Shown piece after piece: positions 37,645 to 50,965 of a stretch of DNA of 64,000 bases. A program made the translations under genes and the position numbers. The notes beneath the pieces are model-generated. The model was not told the origin of the DNA. It saw only the letters and a list, made by a program, of their open reading frames with translations, and did no database searches. How positions within the stretch are numbered: the stretch's first letter is position 1; the number at the start of each line of letters is the position of its first letter. Source of the stretch: Euprymna scolopes (taxonomy: Eukaryota); assembly GCA_053919585.1 (NCBI GenBank), contig CM132784.1; one strand, written 5' to 3'.

Positions 37645-37985
37645 AACACCCGACTAGCTACAACCACTATCAACAATTTCTCCAATTACCAATCCGTGAT
37701 TAAATCTAAACGCAGATTCTATGAACAAAGCTTCTTTCCTATAACTGCCCGCTTGTGGAATTATATTCCGCTGGCCTTCTCACCAGCTGACTACAATATG
37801 GCCGTCTTCAAGTCCAATATAAACAAATTCTTGTTGAACCGTCCCATTAAATAATGAAATTATACCCGATTTCGTCCACTAGCGATTACTATGCTAAAGT
37901 CTCGATGATTATTGTACATTCATTAACCTTTATCCTCGCGTGGCCATTGGGCATTTATAAGTGGTTACTCCCAATATAAAAATAA
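37645..37985 (+). mobile_element. Old LINE family B-related 3' fragment
   Basis: ctatgaacaaagcttctttcct, gtcttcaagtccaatataaacaaattc and the ataagtggt tail. A related copy lies at 45960-46520. Confidence 0.8.
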
Positions 37986-38727
37986 GGAGAAAAAATAAAA
38001 TTGTAAAATATTTTCTTATGTAGGAATTTCTCGGGACATCACTGTTATTAGAATGGTTCCACTATGATAAAAAGGTTGGGAACACAGGGTTATGGTGTAA
38101 GCTATAATCATACATAAAAATGCCGGAATTGTTACTGAGCTACTAAGCTGATCATAATTGTATATAAAAATACTATAGCAATGATAAAGTTTTCATTTAA
38201 ATATTCCCAATTTTCCTTATATAATAAGCTTCCTTTGCTTAGCTTTTCCTCTATGTCGTTATGTTTATATAATTATCTGCTTTTGCTTAGCGCTCCTTCT
38301 GTCGTTACGTTTCTTCTTTCATCTGAGAAAAAACAATCATTATTTTCTTTAGTCAGCTAAGCTATTCGTTCCACGCCTCCTTCATCCATGTCTTTTATAA
38401 ACACACTCTTTCTTCGACCAACCCATTTTTTTTATTTTGTTTTTGGGATTCTGTTATTTTATGTTCGATTTTTCCTTTTTCCATTCTCGTCCTTTGATTT
38501 CTTGCTATCGAATTGGTTCTGTAATTTATTTGTGCCCAATTATTTATTTTCTCGTAGGAAATTGGGGCGTCTTCTGTCGAGACACTCACGAATTGGTGTC
38601 CCGCGGGAGAAATTTTACATTGATTATTTTAAAGGCAATTGTAAAACGGGACAGGAGAAAGAGTCCCGATAAGCACTAGGCTAATTCATCGTCATACAAG
38701 GACATGTTCTCCCCACCATCAAAGTAA

Positions 38728-38807
<80 letters not shown>

Positions 38808-38816
38808 GAATACCTA

Positions 38817-38963
38817 TCATGTACGTTTGAAAGCCAAATCACAACTCAATATTATGAAAATAAAATAAACAAATATTATGCTTGTTAAATAAAAAAAGTA
38901 AAATATTTGTTTATTTCATTTTCATAATACTGCGTTATGATTCGGCTTTCAAACGTAGATGAT
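38817..38963. repeat. Inverted repeat with ~60-bp arms
   Basis: atcatgtacgtttgaaagccaaatca...aaataaacaaatatt / aatatttgtttattt...tgattcggctttcaaacgtagatgat. Confidence 0.88.
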
Positions 38964-39606
38964 ACGTTTTATTGGTTTATTCAAATTAAATCAACGCTCT
39001 TAATACGGAACCCACTGCACCACTTACGCATACATACATTATATACACACACACGTGTGTGTGTGTTTTCTAAAAGAATACACGTTTCAGGTAAAAAGGA
39101 ATTTCCAGAAGAGCTTTGCACCACTTTTAGAAGCCCATACGCATATTTAAAATCAGTATATAATTCTACTGAGCCTTACGTCTAAAATACTTATTCTAAT
39201 TTTGATCAAAATCCATTACATGGCTTTCATTCTAAAACGTGTTTTAAATTTAAGGATCAAGCTTAATGGGTCTTAATAGGAATATTGTTTCTCTGGTCTC
39301 TAATGGCAATGGATTATATTTAAAGGAGATTTGCAACATCCTAATTTTAAAATATGATATTTTCATATTTCGTCTCGGAAAGACACATAAAGCGAACATT
39401 TAGGTAATATATATCAACTGATGCAGAATAGTTAACATCACACTTTCGAAAAACTCGAATTCATTTGAATTATTTCCCTCTTAATCGCCTTGTCAGACAA
39501 CTAAATCAAACTAAATAAGTACACGTTACAAACCTTAACGTTCAACAGCTCACGCTTCCCTTTTAATTAGTTTAGGAGTGTATCCTTAAGTTAAAAATTG
39601 ATAAAG

Positions 39607-39657
<51 letters not shown>

Positions 39658-39809
39658 GTTGGAGAGAGAAAGAGAGAGAAGACAGACAACTGGGACAACA
39701 GATATTGAACAAATAATAGACACAATATCGCAGAGGATAGAGCTAACTAATACTGTAAAAATAACACTGAAATGCATTAATCTTTAAAGCGTTAATGCAT
39801 TATAACAAG

Positions 39810-39993
39810 ACTAGCCTGGGTGTCCGGCGGTTTGGAGGTGTGTGTTAAGCAAAAAAAAAAAAAAAAAGTGGTAGCAGGCAGGCAGGCAGGCTCGAACCCG
39901 TACCGCGAAGGAGGAATAGAATGTGAAAAAAAAAAGAACCATTTTTGCCGTTGCCTCCATCGCCAAACCGAAAGTGCCGAAGATTTAAATTAA
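39810..39993 (-). mobile_element. Helitron H1 3' fragment
   Basis: Matches 15331-15510. Confidence 0.7.
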
Positions 39994-40092
39994 TGAATAT
40001 TTTCTAAAATTTTATTTTCCAAAAATCAACAACGACCATAATAATAATAAATGTACAGGTTACTTGGCATTGCCCCGGCAGTGCTCTATATA

Positions 40093-40172
40093 TTAGGTTG
40101 GTGCAAAAATATTGTCGTTTTTTGACGTTCAATTTCAAGTCAAAAACCGACATTATTTTTGCGTCAACCTAA
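40093..40172. mobile_element. 80-bp mariner MITE (MADE1-like)
   Basis: TA|ttaggttggtgcaaaaat ... atttttgcgtcaacctaa|TA. A second copy is at 61867-61942 and a partial one at ~12801-12838. Confidence 0.85.
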
Positions 40173-40724
40173 TAACAATATCATGAGGTTTGCAATGATG
40201 CTGAGTAACGTTCTTTGATTGTATCTAGAAATTAAAGCATGATATAGACCCTTATAGCCATATATGATATAGACCCTTATAGCCATATATACTCTGAAAC
40301 TACTACAGAGTGTACTTCGATTCATACATTTCATTTTGAACAAAATGAGAGCAGCAATATCATTGATACTGCATTCAATTTTAATGTCTATGAAACGGAA
40401 ATAGAATGTTTAATATATTTTATTTGGGGCTTAATACTTATAGAAAGTAAAAAAAAAAACAACAAAGAAATGTTACTGGGCCCAGGGCATATGGGTTCAA
40501 ATTTATTCCCGAGCGACGCTAAGTGTGACTCGATAAGTTAAAGTTTATTTAAAATTATTTCAATTAAGCTTACCTTTTACATTCCCTCGATTTAATCGAT
40601 ATAAATGCGAAAAATAATAAAATATAGCATTGTGGCTAGGCGTAGAAAACACTTATTCAGTTAGTTCCGAGCAACACCGAGTGTACCTATTAGTATCTCT
40701 CTCTCTCTCACTCTCTGAGCAGAC

Positions 40725-41070
40725 CATTTTTTTTTTACTCAAATTCACTCCCAACAAGGCACTATTGTGAATTAGGGTCCGTGTCTACAGAAACACTAAG
40801 AAGGGAGTTGAGAAGCAATATGCCTGTTCACATATCATTTAAATTTCTGCATGTTAGTACAGACAGGGAAACAGCAAACAGGGAGGGAATGCCCAGGTCT
40901 AGCAGTTAGAGGGAAAAAAGTTCAAAGTAGAAGTCTATCTGGCATTGGGAGACAGATCTCCACAGGGAAAGCGTGCGATTTCGCTGCTTGTGGGGTTAAT
41001 CAAGGACATATATGTCGAGCAGTGACAGCAGTCTTGCGAATTCGCCGGAGCACATTCTCTTCAAGTACTT
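40725..41070 (-). mobile_element. LINE family A-related 3' fragment
   Basis: Reverse complement of the family A-type 3' end (caacaaggcac, ctgttcacat, tctagcagtt). Confidence 0.75.
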
Positions 41071-41899
41071 GAAAAAAAAAAAATCACAGCATAAAACATT
41101 AATATTTCAGACTTTTACAAACTTTATACGACTTCGAGTGCTGGCCGTCAATGGAGCAAGTAGAATCTTCAAACATGGATAAATTAGTTTTATGGGTTTG
41201 GATATCTGTTTATATTGAAAATAAAGTGTAAAATTATTTCTTGAAGGATTATGAAGATAATATTTTTAAAATGATGCATCAAACTGACATATTTTAATAA
41301 GCAATTTTCGGAAAAGACAGAAAAAAATATAGGCATAATTTGGTAATACACACAAGACAGTTTTCATACTAACAGACAGAAACTCGAAATATTTTCTGCT
41401 ATTAAAATTGAAAATAGCCTCAAAATGAAGGTGTTTATTGTATAGCGGGAGAAATCCCACTTCGCTGGTTTCATAAAATCGAACGCATAACAGGTGTTAG
41501 ATGCGACCTCGTATTTTTCTGAAAAACTCCGTTTTCGGTTAAGAACATCAATTTCAGCGATAACCACCCAGATTTAATGTGTCAAATGATCCGCATAAAA
41601 CGATCTATCAATCTATCCCCATTTATTTGCTTCCCTACGAGGACAAAACTAAACACAAAGCCAACTTTTAATAGGGAAACAAAATTCAGCTTCCCTAAAG
41701 GAGCACCTTGGATTGAGACAAAAATAAAATTGTCCTCAGTTTAAAAGGATTGTTTCACTGAAAGAGATAAGATAAGTTAAAGTGTAATATCAGAACAGAT
41801 ACTAGATTTTACTTTTGACTAAAACGTTGTTATCTATAATTTGAAATAATATTTTAGTCAAGTTATAAGTTTGTCACGCCTAAGCGTGAAAACACATTT

Positions 41900-42040
41900 T
41901 CAGCTGCACTATTTGGATTCTTCATACTCTTCTTGAATGTTATTTTCACAACGTTTCAGCCGATGTAACCTTCGACCTGATACAGGTGTATCTTTTTAGA
42001 CTCTGAAATCTTTCTGTCGAACGAGAATTTGCACAGAATT
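41900..42040 (-). mobile_element. Family-2 hammerhead tail, inverted copy
   Basis: Minus strand cac-ctgtatca-ggtcga-aggttaca-tcggct-GAAACGTT-gtg (41947-41988). Confidence 0.7.
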
Positions 42041-42214
42041 TGTTACTACGTTATATACATGCTATTTATAATTAAATGACATTTAAATTAATATAATGAG
42101 TATTTAGTAATAATCGGTAGTAAGAAATAATGATATATAGTGATAAATGTCTAGATTTTGCAAAAAAAAAAATAGGTTGAAGGCTCCCAAAATTCATATT
42201 AAAATTGTTCGCAA

Positions 42215-42540
42215 AAACCCATGGCGTAGAGGATAAAGTATTTTGTGTCGGCAGTTCTTCGTTAGACTCTTATGAAGGTTGATGTTTCAATCCTCAAAAT
42301 ACAATTTCGAATTACTTAGGACTTCTTATCAGTCATGATTGACGGAAGGAGAGCGCGCTATTTCCGTTAATTAAATGAACGGGTTCCGTCCGATATTCCA
42401 TGTAGATTCCCGAGTTCAGTAAGATACATCTGGAAAAGGTCGGAGATTACATCGACCGAAACATTATGAACATAACACTCAGGTATTCAAAAAATAAAAA
42501 ATAATAATGAATCATCATCCAAAAAATTCAGAAACCTACT
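42215..42540 (+). mobile_element. Family-2 tRNA-head/minimal-hammerhead element
   Basis: A box TGGCGTAGAGG (42222) and B-box-like GTTTCAATCC (42284). HHR-like cat-ctggaaaa-ggtcg...cgacc-GAAACATT-atg at 42427-42468. Confidence 0.7.
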
Positions 42541-43019
42541 ATTTTCATTGTAAAACACATAGAATCAATGGACGCATCTTACAATTATTCGTTCTTGTTT
42601 AAAAGTTGTATTCTAACTTTGCCTGTAGCGCAGAAATCGCGGGAATTTCAGGTAAATATGAGTTCTATGAATAGATGTTTTGCTTGTAGGTTAGAAACGT
42701 ATAAACAATAAGTAAGATCAGCAAAATGTTATTAAACATCGAAAAAGGATAAAAAATAAAGGTAAAAAAAACCCCCAAACAACTTGTGATTAAGAGGGAG
42801 AAATATTTAAATGAAGACCGCTAGGTAGAATCCGGACGAATGGCGTAGTGATGGCTAATTTGGTAGTTCTGTTTTTTTAATGGTGCTTTGGTTAATTTTG
42901 GTGAAAGGATTTTCAAGAGGAGAGACGAAACCTTACGAGAAATGCCAGAATCAAAGAAGGAAGAAGAAACTGCTTATATGAATAAATCGATTTTAAATAA
43001 GGAACACATGAATTTGTTT

Positions 43020-43800
43020 CTCTAATACACAGCCTTCCTCTTTTTAAACGCGCTCTCTCTCTTTCTATCAACCCCCTTTTCCTCTCATTAAATGCTCTAT
43101 CTATTTATTTCGCATCTCTATCGTTCTTACTTTTAACCATTCTGTTCTGTCACACTTACTCCCTAATATATACTCCTATTTATTTACTCCCTAATATATA
43201 CTCTTATTTACTTACTTCCCCTTCATCTTATAGCAGTATACCTTCTTTCTCTGACCTATTGCTATTTACAGTCTATCTCTTGTGAAACTTTTCTCCATCT
43301 CTTTCTAATCAATGTTTTACTATTCTTGTAGCAACTTCCGGTCTCCTTCCTATACTTACTCTTTCTTCTTGTGTAGTTATTGCTCTTTGTCTTTTCTGAT
43401 ATCTCACACATTTTATTTCTCTTTTCCATTTTGTCATTCTATCTTTTATTCTTCTCTCACTCTCTCTTACGTCGTCCACCCATTTTTTCTTGTCTCTCCT
43501 TTAACCATTTCCTCTATTCTTTTCTTTTTCTCTCACTTGTCTTGCTATTTTTCTTACACTTATTTCTCCTCACTCCTTCTCTTGACTTTTATCTTTCTGT
43601 TTCCCAGTATCGTCTTACCCTTTTCATAAAACTTTTATACTTCCTCTTCTTCTCCCTTTCTTTTCTCTTTTTTCATGATATATTATACTTTATTTATCAT
43701 TTCTCCTTACTATCTCGACCACCCTCATCAAACGACACCCTATTCCTGCCTTCTATCCCTCTTCCTCACTATCTTTCTACGACCCTTTTCATGATGAGGC
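43020..43800. repeat. Pyrimidine-rich low-complexity tract (purine-rich counterparts at 5360-5830 and 51030-51220)
   Basis: C/T-biased sequence that produces spurious F/L/S-rich ORFs. Confidence 0.85.
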
Positions 43801-43857
43801 AAATTTGAAATTTCAGTAAACAAGTTTTACTCTCACAAATAGATTCCCGACCATAAA

Positions 43858-43925
<68 letters not shown>

Positions 43926-44302
43926 TATATATATATATATATAGTCAGTTTATCGTAACACGTCCACGTACGTATGGTATTTAGCAAAATATGTAGAATC
44001 GATAAAAGCCAAAACAACAAAATACAAAAAAACAAAAAAAAATGTAACACACTGTTTTTTTTTGACTAGGGAAGACACGCTCCTGGTTGTACAAAAAAAA
44101 AAAAAAAACATAAATATCTTACATTTTATTTTTTTCGGATGAATAAAATTTTGGGGACCCTACTAATTTCTTCGAGCAAAAATGCAATGTGCATAGTATT
44201 AAGTTATTTTATGATTCTTATTTGTTCTATCTATAATCTCGTTAATTATATCTGTATTTTTATGTATATACTGAGTGTACATTTATCCGTATGAATATAA
44301 CG

Positions 44303-44848
44303 ATTGTACATCCTGTATCGCTATAAGGCCACTATTAGCCCATGTATAGAGTACTGTTATCACATTTGGGCTGGTGCATCTTCTATTAGTCTCTCACTCC
44401 TGGACAGAGTTCAAAAGAGAATCGCCAACATGTTAGGTCTTGAGCTGTCACCTAAGCTTAAATCTCTGTCCCATCGACAACATGCTACAACCCTCTGCCT
44501 GTTTTACAAGTATTTTAATGGTGGATGCTCCGACGAATTACAAGCACTTGTACTCCCTCGACGTAAATACCCTTGACAAACAGCAACATCCCACCCCTAC
44601 ACAGTAGAGATCTCTAGATGTAAGAAAGCCTTCTACTCTAATTCCCTAGTACTGCTAAACTTTAGAATTCCTTGCTAGGTTCCTGCTTCCCCAACTGTAC
44701 TGACATGCAGAAGTTCAAATTTAATGTGAACAGATATAATGCTGCTCAACTCCCTACATTAGTATCCCTGCTACTTATGTCCCTGATAATAGCCCCTACG
44801 TCAAAGTGGCAATGCGCCTTGTTTATGGTGAAAATGTAATAATAAAAC
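44303..44848 (+). mobile_element. LINE family A 3' fragment
   Basis: Encodes 'YRYKATISPCIEYCYHIWAGASSISLSLLDRVQKR'. Family A 3' UTR. Confidence 0.92.
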
Positions 44849-45959
44849 TACTACTACTAATAAATAATAATAAACATGTCTCCATATGAATATAAATATT
44901 TTATCATTCTAGTTTCCTTGATGTAAATATATTGAAACTCTTGTGATTCTCAAAAACGTTTCCAATGGCAAGCAGAGCGTAATTATAGTATATAAGAAGT
45001 ACGGTTTATAGAAATAAGGAGTTGTAGTAGAAACATGCATGCACATATGTAGCTAATAATTGTTTTATAAACATGCTATATAAGGAATGATTTAACTTGA
45101 TAAACTGAAAACATTCCTCGATTACTGTTGATGAAATTAATTTACATATACTTTAAATAAAATAATAGATATTATCGAATACTTAGATATTTCACTGTCT
45201 TAGTTAAACACCAGCTCAATAATAATTAAGTTATATCAATCAGAGCTTTCATATAATTGTTGGGTAGATTGTAAAACTTCAAAAAGTGTTAATTATAATT
45301 AAAAGTATTCGAACCAAGACCCGAAAATAAATATTCAACAACGCCCATTTATTATTTAATGTACGGCCGTTCGTGAAAATTATCTGTAATAGCAAAATTA
45401 TATTCAAGTAAAAATTCCTACACCGTAGAAGTTCTTTAGCATATTAACATTTGTCGATGATAATAGCATGCGAAGCGTCTTGACTTATTAGAAATCTTCG
45501 TAATTAAACTCGTGACATTATGGCTAGGAGCAAAATATATCTCTTTTGGTTCTATACTTTATTAGTTTTATCTTCGGTCTATGGGCAAAAATCCTTCAAA
45601 ACTGAGGATATTATTATTTTCGATCCAACAAAAGGTTTCCATTTTGGAGGAGCTGGATTTACCTCACATCGACAACCGATCGTGTTCTAATTCTGCCCTC
45701 TCGGGGAGGTAAGTAAATAGGAACATACACAAAGAGAAAATATTATTTCTTAACAAGATGAGTTTTAACTAAATATTTACTCTGTACTAAAAAAAAAAAG
45801 CTGTTGCCTATATATTTTTCTGGTGGATAGAGTTCTATAACAAGAGAGAGAGAGAGAGAGAGGGAGGGAGAGAGAGAGAGAGAGAGAGGGATACGTTTGA
45901 AATAGTTACTTTTAATTAATCCATTTTATGTCAGCTATTGAAGAGGTACAAGCCATCTC

Positions 45960-46520
45960 AGATTCTAGACACTAAGAGGTAAAACTGAACGTAGAATGGA
46001 ATACCTTTGCATATTTGTGGAGAAGCTGTCCAGAGTAACCTTTCCTGCCTTTTCAGTATTCAAAATCAGCTTCGAAACATAATAGCTGATATCCATTTTT
46101 CCTTTATATAACCTTCTTTTTACTGCAGAAATGTTGCGAGTCTCTGTTCTATCTCTGCTTTATCGTTATTCTCATGGCAAGTTCTCAACTAAGCTTTAAT
46201 TTATGACCCCCTCTCCTGCAAAACATTCACAGCAAACACTCGTCTATGTGCAATGACTGTCAAGAATTTACTTACTTTTTATCCGTACCTTAATCTAAAC
46301 ACAAATTCCATAACCAATTTTTTCCTAGAACTGCCAATATATGGAACTATGTACCGCAGGTCTGCTCTCCAGATGGCTACAGCATGGTCGTCGTCAATGT
46401 AAGCAAATTCCTATTGAACCGTCGCCTTAAATAATCAAATTCTACCCAATTTACACTACTACCGATCGTTACACTGTTGTCCTGGCAATTTTACGCACAT
46501 TAAACAATATTCTTGGATAG
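45960..46520 (+). mobile_element. Old LINE family B-related 3' fragment
   Basis: Degenerate 'MEYxxHI' and 'RNVASLCSISALSLF' region. The 3' UTR is similar to 37645-37985. Confidence 0.7.
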
Positions 46521-47259
46521 CGGGGACCCTCTTGCATAAAAATATGCATGTTAGTATTAAAAGAGAATCAAGGAGAGACAAGTGTTACGGAGAAATAAAA
46601 TCTTCCAGCATCTGAAGATCTATAGAGTAATTGGTAGAATGGCTTCGTGGTGACAGATTAAACCACTAGACATTCACTAAGGAATATAACATGTTTACGT
46701 TCAGATCTTTATCCGTTTTTTTTTTATATAAAAAAAGAAACAGAAACCCGAAATTGGTTTAAAATCATCCATATATTCATGAAAAGCCTTTTATCCTTTC
46801 ATGCGTAAGTTCTTTATGTCGCCGGTCCAAAGTAAATAAGTAAGCGAATGCAATCAAATTGTGAGCAATTAGAAGTCGTCAGTAAACAAAAGGTTTCTAG
46901 GATGAACATAAGATTTTTAAAAAATATTAAATAAAGAAAGACAGTTAATTCTGCCAAAAAAGTAATTCCTTTCTTTTTTTAAATAAAGAAATAAAAATGA
47001 AAATCAAATTTAAAAAAAAAGAAAAGAAAACGATTGAAGCATAAACTAAACAAATTTAATAAATAAAGCCATAACGCTACGTTTATCGTCAGCCATTTTG
47101 TTTCACCTTTTTATATTCTTGTTGTTTAAACATATTGAATAGCCTATGACAAGATGGCTACTCTCATTCGTTTAAATACGATCACAGATTCAAAATGGAC
47201 GATTGAGATTTCAAAATAAAAATTCAGAATAAAAAAGTAAAGATGAACTTTAATAATGC

Positions 47260-47336
<77 letters not shown>

Positions 47337-47856
47337 AAAAAACAACGACAACAATTACCCTCGTCCCCAGACTCCATTGAAGCTGACGGACGGCCAGGAA
47401 TAAAATATAATCGAAAAGATATAAAATCAATCAGAGTATTTTGTCGGCATAATTGTTGAAGGATATTCAGTGAGGTGGAATAAATGATTTGTGCTGAACA
47501 AACCGACCTAAACCGATATAGACTCGAAACATAAACACGCACACACACATTATATATATACATACTAGTATAATACTCGCTTCTGGACGGGTAAAATAGA
47601 TTCCCCGAACAGAGCAGTTACGCGCCACTTTATGTGCTCTTAAAAAAATAACTTTATGATATAATACGACTCAATATTATGCCTAGATTCCTTATTTCGA
47701 TGTACTCTATAATCCATTGTGATACAATGATAAAGATCTCTTTTGGTGAGGTACTTGAGCTCCCCATGTTTAAAAGCTTATGTGTATCTTAGGCATAATT
47801 TAAATCACGTGATTAGAAAAATGGAGATCTGAGAACGTGTTATCAATCAAAGGCAG

Positions 47857-48472
47857 CCTCTAACAATTGCATTCTCAAAATCATGGCGGCAGAAATGGAT
47901 ACAACTGATGTAAATATGGAACAGTTATCACTAAGCATGAAACAAAATACGAAACTATATAGAAATATTTTATTTCAAAAAATTATTTTTGCTTTAATAC
48001 TTCTTGCGTTATCATGAATCATTTCTATTAATAATATTTTAAATATATTTATATGGAAATAAAGTTTTCTTGAATATTTTTTAAAATTCTTAGAATGTCT
48101 TCCACAAATTTTATCACATAATTTTGTCAGAAATAATATAAACACCTAACACGATAACCACCTTTAAGCGAATTACGGAATCCAAAATATGTTAATTATT
48201 CCACCAAAGAGCTCCAATAGTAACGTAATGTAAAAAATAAAAAAATAAAAATTTTTATTACTTCATAAGCGTTAAAATAAATATTTTTCAAAATAATAAT
48301 AAAAACATATAATATCAAATATTATAATTATATAATAATATATATAAAATAATAATATGAAATATTTATATATGGTTTCGTATTTCGTTTCATGCTTATT
48401 GACTTCTGTCCCGTATTTACGTACACTGTATCCATTTCCGCTGTCGTATTATTGTGAACACAATTGTTAGAG
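47857..48472. repeat. Fold-back element with ~110-bp imperfect inverted arms and an AT-rich core
   Basis: ctctaacaattg...gaaatggataca...taagcatgaaac...aatacgaaac is mirrored at 48361-48472. Confidence 0.8.
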
Positions 48473-50414
48473 ATTGACAAATCAAATTTGCTCAGCTCAG
48501 ATGTTTATAAAATCCGATCAATCAAGCGGTAACAGGCGCACAAGATGACGCTGTGAATTGTAAAACAATGACAACGTTTCAATCTTTTTGTTTTTAATAT
48601 GGACCTATCTATTTATCTTGTTTTCGTCATCATGAGAGAAAAAATATGAGAGATCTAGTTTAATCTGGGAGGCCGTACTTGGCGATCGCCAAAAGTTTGA
48701 AATGCGATACCATTGTAATAGACGCATTTTAGCCAGTTCAACGTTCGAGTTCTGAAACAGGTTTTCTTCTTTAAATTTTATATTTATATTAAAAAGGTCT
48801 GTAGTGTACTTATTTAATACAGCATCCAATTCCAGCAGAACGATTCCGGTTAGTAATGACGGCAAGAACTCGAAGAGAAAACTCGTCATGGAGACGTAGC
48901 CAACAATGCATCTACCCTTCATCTAAAAGAGATGTATATATTGTTTTATCGTGTTTAAACAGCTGGGAAGCTGGTTGCTGTGTCCAGGATGTAACAGTCT
49001 TTCAAATGACATCCCCATAGCTCATAAAAATCAAGTTGTTCTCCTCGGCAAAGGATTATATTATACCATTACATGATTTTGATTTTAGAAATTGTCAGAA
49101 ATCTAAGAAAGTGATTTGGGAAGACACTAAGATTCAGGTAATATTTATTAAATAGTTTCTAATGACTATGGGGTAAGTTCAATGTAAATCTGAAATATCT
49201 GAATTTTCAAATGGAATATTATACCCATATTATGTCCTCATTCGTAGCCGAAAGGTGTGAGGTAAATTCATACCTTTAACACAGTTCAGACGAAATTTCA
49301 ACCTGCTATGTAAACTTACCAGTCTGCCCGAGTAACAATTCGTCAAGTGCACTTTTCTCATAATAGTGACCGTTTTTACGAATAGCCGCATTTAACCCCC
49401 GGCCTCCCCCTTTTGTCACACCGGCGAATTTCAGTTACTATGACAACCCAACGTATTGTGGACGAGATAATTATAACATTCCAGAGGACTTTAATGCCGT
49501 GACCAACGATCCTATTTTTAGCGTAACATTCATAAATTGAAAGCAATTAGTTCGATTAATGTCACAAACTGACCAACACCCAAGGTTTATTAGCCGCTTT
49601 CTTTGGCTTGAGGGTGGGGCCTGTCATATTTGGTGATATTAGCTCTTTCTTCTATCTAGCCCTGGCCTGCACTCCAGTCAACCGGAAATAGGAAGTTCAT
49701 TAATTGATTTCTAACGGCCGGGAAAGACCCTCACGTACATATTTTTCGAAGCAAAGAAATTATGGCCGTTCTTCATCCCAAGTAGGCTTAAAAATAGTTC
49801 TACGTGGAATGGATCATGTCTGTTACACACTGCTATAGAGCCGTTTTGAGGGACCCCCAGCTCCACTGTCTCTCTCCCCCTTTTTCTCTGACACCCTCTC
49901 TCTCTTTCTCTCATTCTCATTTTGACGCGGGAAGAATTTTAATACAGTTGGAAGTTGCACGTCGTACGAGTTTGATCGCAAATAATTGGATTCGTCTTCG
50001 TTGATGACAGATCTCGTGTCAAAATTGTTAAAATAAAAGATTTCTATTTTTATAAGCAAATATGTTTGTCACCCAGTATTATATCGTTTAATTCTAGCAT
50101 AGCGATTTTGCCAATAATGACGCCGAGATCAGACCTACGTAGCCGACATCATATCAACCCCTGAATCTGAAGTGGATGTGCTTAGCATTTTATCCTGTTT
50201 AACACGAGCGGAGCTCAGGACCGTACCCAGGACGTAACAATCGTTCCACAAACGTCCTGACACCACGGGCAAACCAAAATACTCTCCCGGGAAAGAGATC
50301 GCGTCATAAATCAATGTTGGTGTATCTTTTCAATTGCTCGCTATGGAAGAAAAGTTCTATTATTATTATTATTATTATTATTATTTTTTTGATTACGGAA
50401 TTAAACTTGCCTAG

Positions 50415-50600
50415 AATGTTATAAATCTAGTACGATCCATTTTGGAGTATCTCATTCAAGCAACATATCTTCATCCTCAAAAAGATATCGTGCACCCGAA
50501 GAGTGTACAACGGTTAACAACAAAGATGGTGGCACGACTCTCTACGCTTATACACAAATAACGGTTACAAGTGCTAAATCTGTTCTCACTTTAGCAGTCG
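50415..50600 (+). mobile_element. CR1-clade RT C-terminal remnant
   Basis: 'LVRSILEY...KDI...SVQRLTTKMV...RLQVLNLFSL' follows the classical CR1 C-terminal pattern. Confidence 0.7.
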
Positions 50601-50634
50601 AGAATATTAGAACTGAATTTTACTTAGCATTTGC

Positions 50635-50965
50635 AGACCTGTGGCGTAACAGATAAAGCATTAAGTAAGTTCAGTTTTAAGTGACACTCTTATGGAGCTT
50701 GAGGATTCAATCCTAACTGAGGGCTACAGTAAGAATTAAATTGCAAATTAATTAAGATGTCTACCCGACCACAGGACACGATAAAGCTACGCCCATGAAT
50801 AAATAAATGGTTCCGTTTGTAATTTCGTGTAAATTCACTAGTTCGAAAGAAAGATTACAGAGTTCGTTAATATGCAACTGAAGAAGATCGGAGATTACAT
50901 CGATGGAAACGTGCGAATAACACCCAAAAAACAAACATTGTCCGAATAATCCGAATAAAATAGAT
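50635..50965 (+). mobile_element. Family-2 tRNA-head/minimal-hammerhead element
   Basis: A-box-like GTGGCGTAACAG (50641) and B-box-like GGATTCAATCC (50703). CTGAAGA-a-gatcg...cgatg-GAAACGT at 50878-50912. Confidence 0.7.

Noticed and set aside
43312-43808. Hydrophobic F/L/S-rich ORFs (also 5362-5653 and 50895-51248) and YI/CV/TH-repeat ORFs
   Set aside because: Artefacts of low-complexity tracts, microsatellites or N-runs.
45630-45715. Perfect splice donor GAG|GTAAGT at ~45709
   Set aside because: No matching acceptor or recognisable coding frame could be established; an isolated motif is insufficient.
46608-46650. CTGAAGAT followed by a tcta/taga stem
   Set aside because: No GAAA core and no convincing stem III; too degraded to call.
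48605-48922. 105-aa minus-strand ORF
   Set aside because: No recognisable domain or splice support, and a length reachable by chance. Kept only as part of the unique-island finding.
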